The position numbers and the translations under genes were made by a program. Of a stretch of DNA of 53,268 nt, positions 52,093 through 53,268 are shown one piece after another; position 1 is the first letter of the stretch, and each line of letters opens with the position of its first letter. This stretch comes from Escherichia phage Ecp_YSF: the sequence record OR327751.1. One strand, 5' to 3'. The notes under the pieces are model-generated. The model did not search any database and had not been told where the DNA came from. It saw only the letters and a program-made list of their open reading frames with translations.

Positions 52093-52225
52093 TTATTGCT
52101 TAATTGCACAACCAATCTATTTGGATGTTGCAGAAGTGAAAATCTTATCACGCGAAACCAAAACACAGATTTTAGTCCACAATGAAACGTGGGCACAAAA
52201 GTGTTCGAAACTTACCCGACAGTGA
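52016..52225 (+). CDS. o-spanin (Rz1-like lipoprotein), overlapping the i-spanin gene in another frame
   Basis: Signal sequence plus lipobox LAVLIAMSIVSC. Confidence 0.6.
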   Translation: MFRKKCLAVLIAMSIVSCSQSGFVSDYCLIAQPIYLDVAEVKILSRETKTQILVHNETWAQKCSKLTRQ

Positions 52226-52239
52226 GTGAACATGGCCTA

Positions 52240-52255
52240 GCTAGTTGGTGGTGTA
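52240..52255 (+). promoter_or_regulatory. weak promoter-like site P11
   Basis: GCTAGTTGGTGGTGTA matches the core at 11 of 16 positions. Confidence 0.3.
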
Positions 52256-52546
52256 AAGACTGACCAAGGTGACGACAGCCAAAGTCGAGGGAGTGCGCGA
52301 CTTTAAATAACGAGACTCTAGCCACTTGTGGTATGGCAGGTGTAACTCCTGCAATTGCTCTGGGCATAACAATTAAAATTGCTGCCTCGTATTGAACGCG
52401 AGAAAGTTCAGGTGGTCACTTCCTAGAACAGTGTCCGAGAACACACTCGCCAAAGTGCTTGAGAACGTTAGCTCTGTCTTGCCAGCATTAATGGCACGTT
52501 GGCCGCGTAAAGGCCGCAACCTCAATCATATATAAGGTAGTCTTCT

Positions 52547-52747
52547 ATGGACAAAATTAGCATTCGTGCAATCATTCGTAACGCAATCATTAATAATGAG
52601 GTGCGTACATATCAGTATCAAGAAATTCAGGTAGCTCTAGGTTGTAGCCGACATAAGGCAAAGCAACTTTATTACGCATTTCTGTATAACGCAGGGGATG
52701 CATTTCTTCGCAAGAAGTTGACAGAACCTGATAGCGACCCTTGTTAA
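52547..52747 (+). CDS. hypothetical protein (66 aa)
   Basis: RBS AAGG upstream. Confidence 0.5.
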   Translation: MDKISIRAIIRNAIINNEVRTYQYQEIQVALGCSRHKAKQLYYAFLYNAGDAFLRKKLTEPDSDPC

Positions 52748-52789
52748 TCATCACAGCGTCTGGCCAACGTATCGGCCGCCAAATTCAAT

Positions 52790-52857
52790 GGGATTTTCGT
52801 ATGTACGGGCTTGACCGTGGTGAAACGACCTGACTGGTTCGATTCCAGTGAATCCCA
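52790..52857 (+). ncRNA. tRNA-like element TL2 (acceptor stem plus canonical T arm, degenerate lower half)
   Basis: GGGATTT (52790-96) pairs with GAATCCC (52850-56). T arm ACTGG-TTCGATT-CCAGT (52833-49). The middle 36 nt do not form canonical D or anticodon arms. Confidence 0.4.
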
Positions 52858-53127
52858 CGAACAATGGATTCGTAGAGTTAATTAAACCTGCACGATGGGA
52901 TAGGGATGAAGCATCCGAGGCCGACTGTGTAATTGTGAACTTATCGTTCACCGAATCCACCAAATACCCGGGAGAAAGTGCTGTGGACGATATTGTATCG
53001 TAGGTGGTCGCATTCCACCCTCCCAACTCTTACCAAACAGTTATGCCTCTGTTCAAAAGGCTCAAGAGAGCGTCTGGCATACCGTAGCGATACGGCTTAG
53101 TTGCGCTGATTGTGTTGTGCAGAAAGA

Positions 53128-53268
53128 AAGTTCAGGCTTTCGTTTGGGTTACTCCTCATCCCGAAGTTAGCTGGATTCAAAATCCAGACTATGTTCCTAT
53201 ACACATGAAATATGCAAGTCGAGGGTTCTTAATGTTCAAACATGATGCGAGCATTGAGCGGGTTTATA
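53128..53268. repeat. second copy of the 141-bp terminal sequence
   Basis: Identical to 1-141. Confidence 0.95.

Noticed and set aside
1-53268. Lysogeny, mobile-element or defence-island content (integrase, repressor, transposase, reverse transcriptase, Cas).
   Set aside because: No such motifs were found in any ORF. The only mobile-type gene is the free-standing HNH endonuclease at 7214-7738.

Overview
The window is a complete tailed-phage genome of about 53.1 kb. Its two ends are an identical 141 bp (1-141 = 53128-53268), and every gene I can support is on the + strand.

Gene order:
- 0.3-9.6 kb, nucleotide and DNA metabolism: ThyX, primase-helicase, family-A DNA polymerase, an SSB-like protein, FEN exonuclease, HNH endonuclease, ATP-dependent ligase, dNMP kinase and dUTPase.
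- 10-17 kb, packaging and head: large terminase, portal, scaffold, a capsid accessory protein with a hidden -1 frameshift Ig-like extension, and the major capsid protein.
- 17.9-34.5 kb, contractile tail, baseplate and fibres: sheath, tube, a chaperone with a -1 frameshift, a 1223-aa multidomain protein in the tape-measure position, baseplate proteins, three fibre genes and a fibre assembly protein.
- 34.5-36.5 kb: holin, a SleB-type endolysin, and a host-like nrdB with no nrdA partner.
- 36.5-40.6 kb: a T7-type single-subunit RNA polymerase flanked by two ORF-poor regulatory islands.
- 40.6-50.7 kb: about 35 small early genes, including ArdA, an M15 peptidase, a SLOG/DprA-like protein and SSB C-terminal-tail mimics.
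- 48.3-53.3 kb: one aberrant tRNA, a spanin pair, and about 2.7 kb of promoter-driven, ORF-free, structured sequence that contains tRNA-like elements.

A phage promoter family of about 23 bp (consensus CTGAAACATTAGTTGGATGTGAA) recurs at least 9 times between 37 and 52 kb.

The combination of a myovirus structural module, a T7-like RNA polymerase, one transcription direction, about 53 kb and one tRNA matches my recollection of phiEcoM-GJ1-like phages (Chaseviridae). That assignment is inference, not a search result. I saw no integrase or repressor, so the phage is probably strictly lytic.
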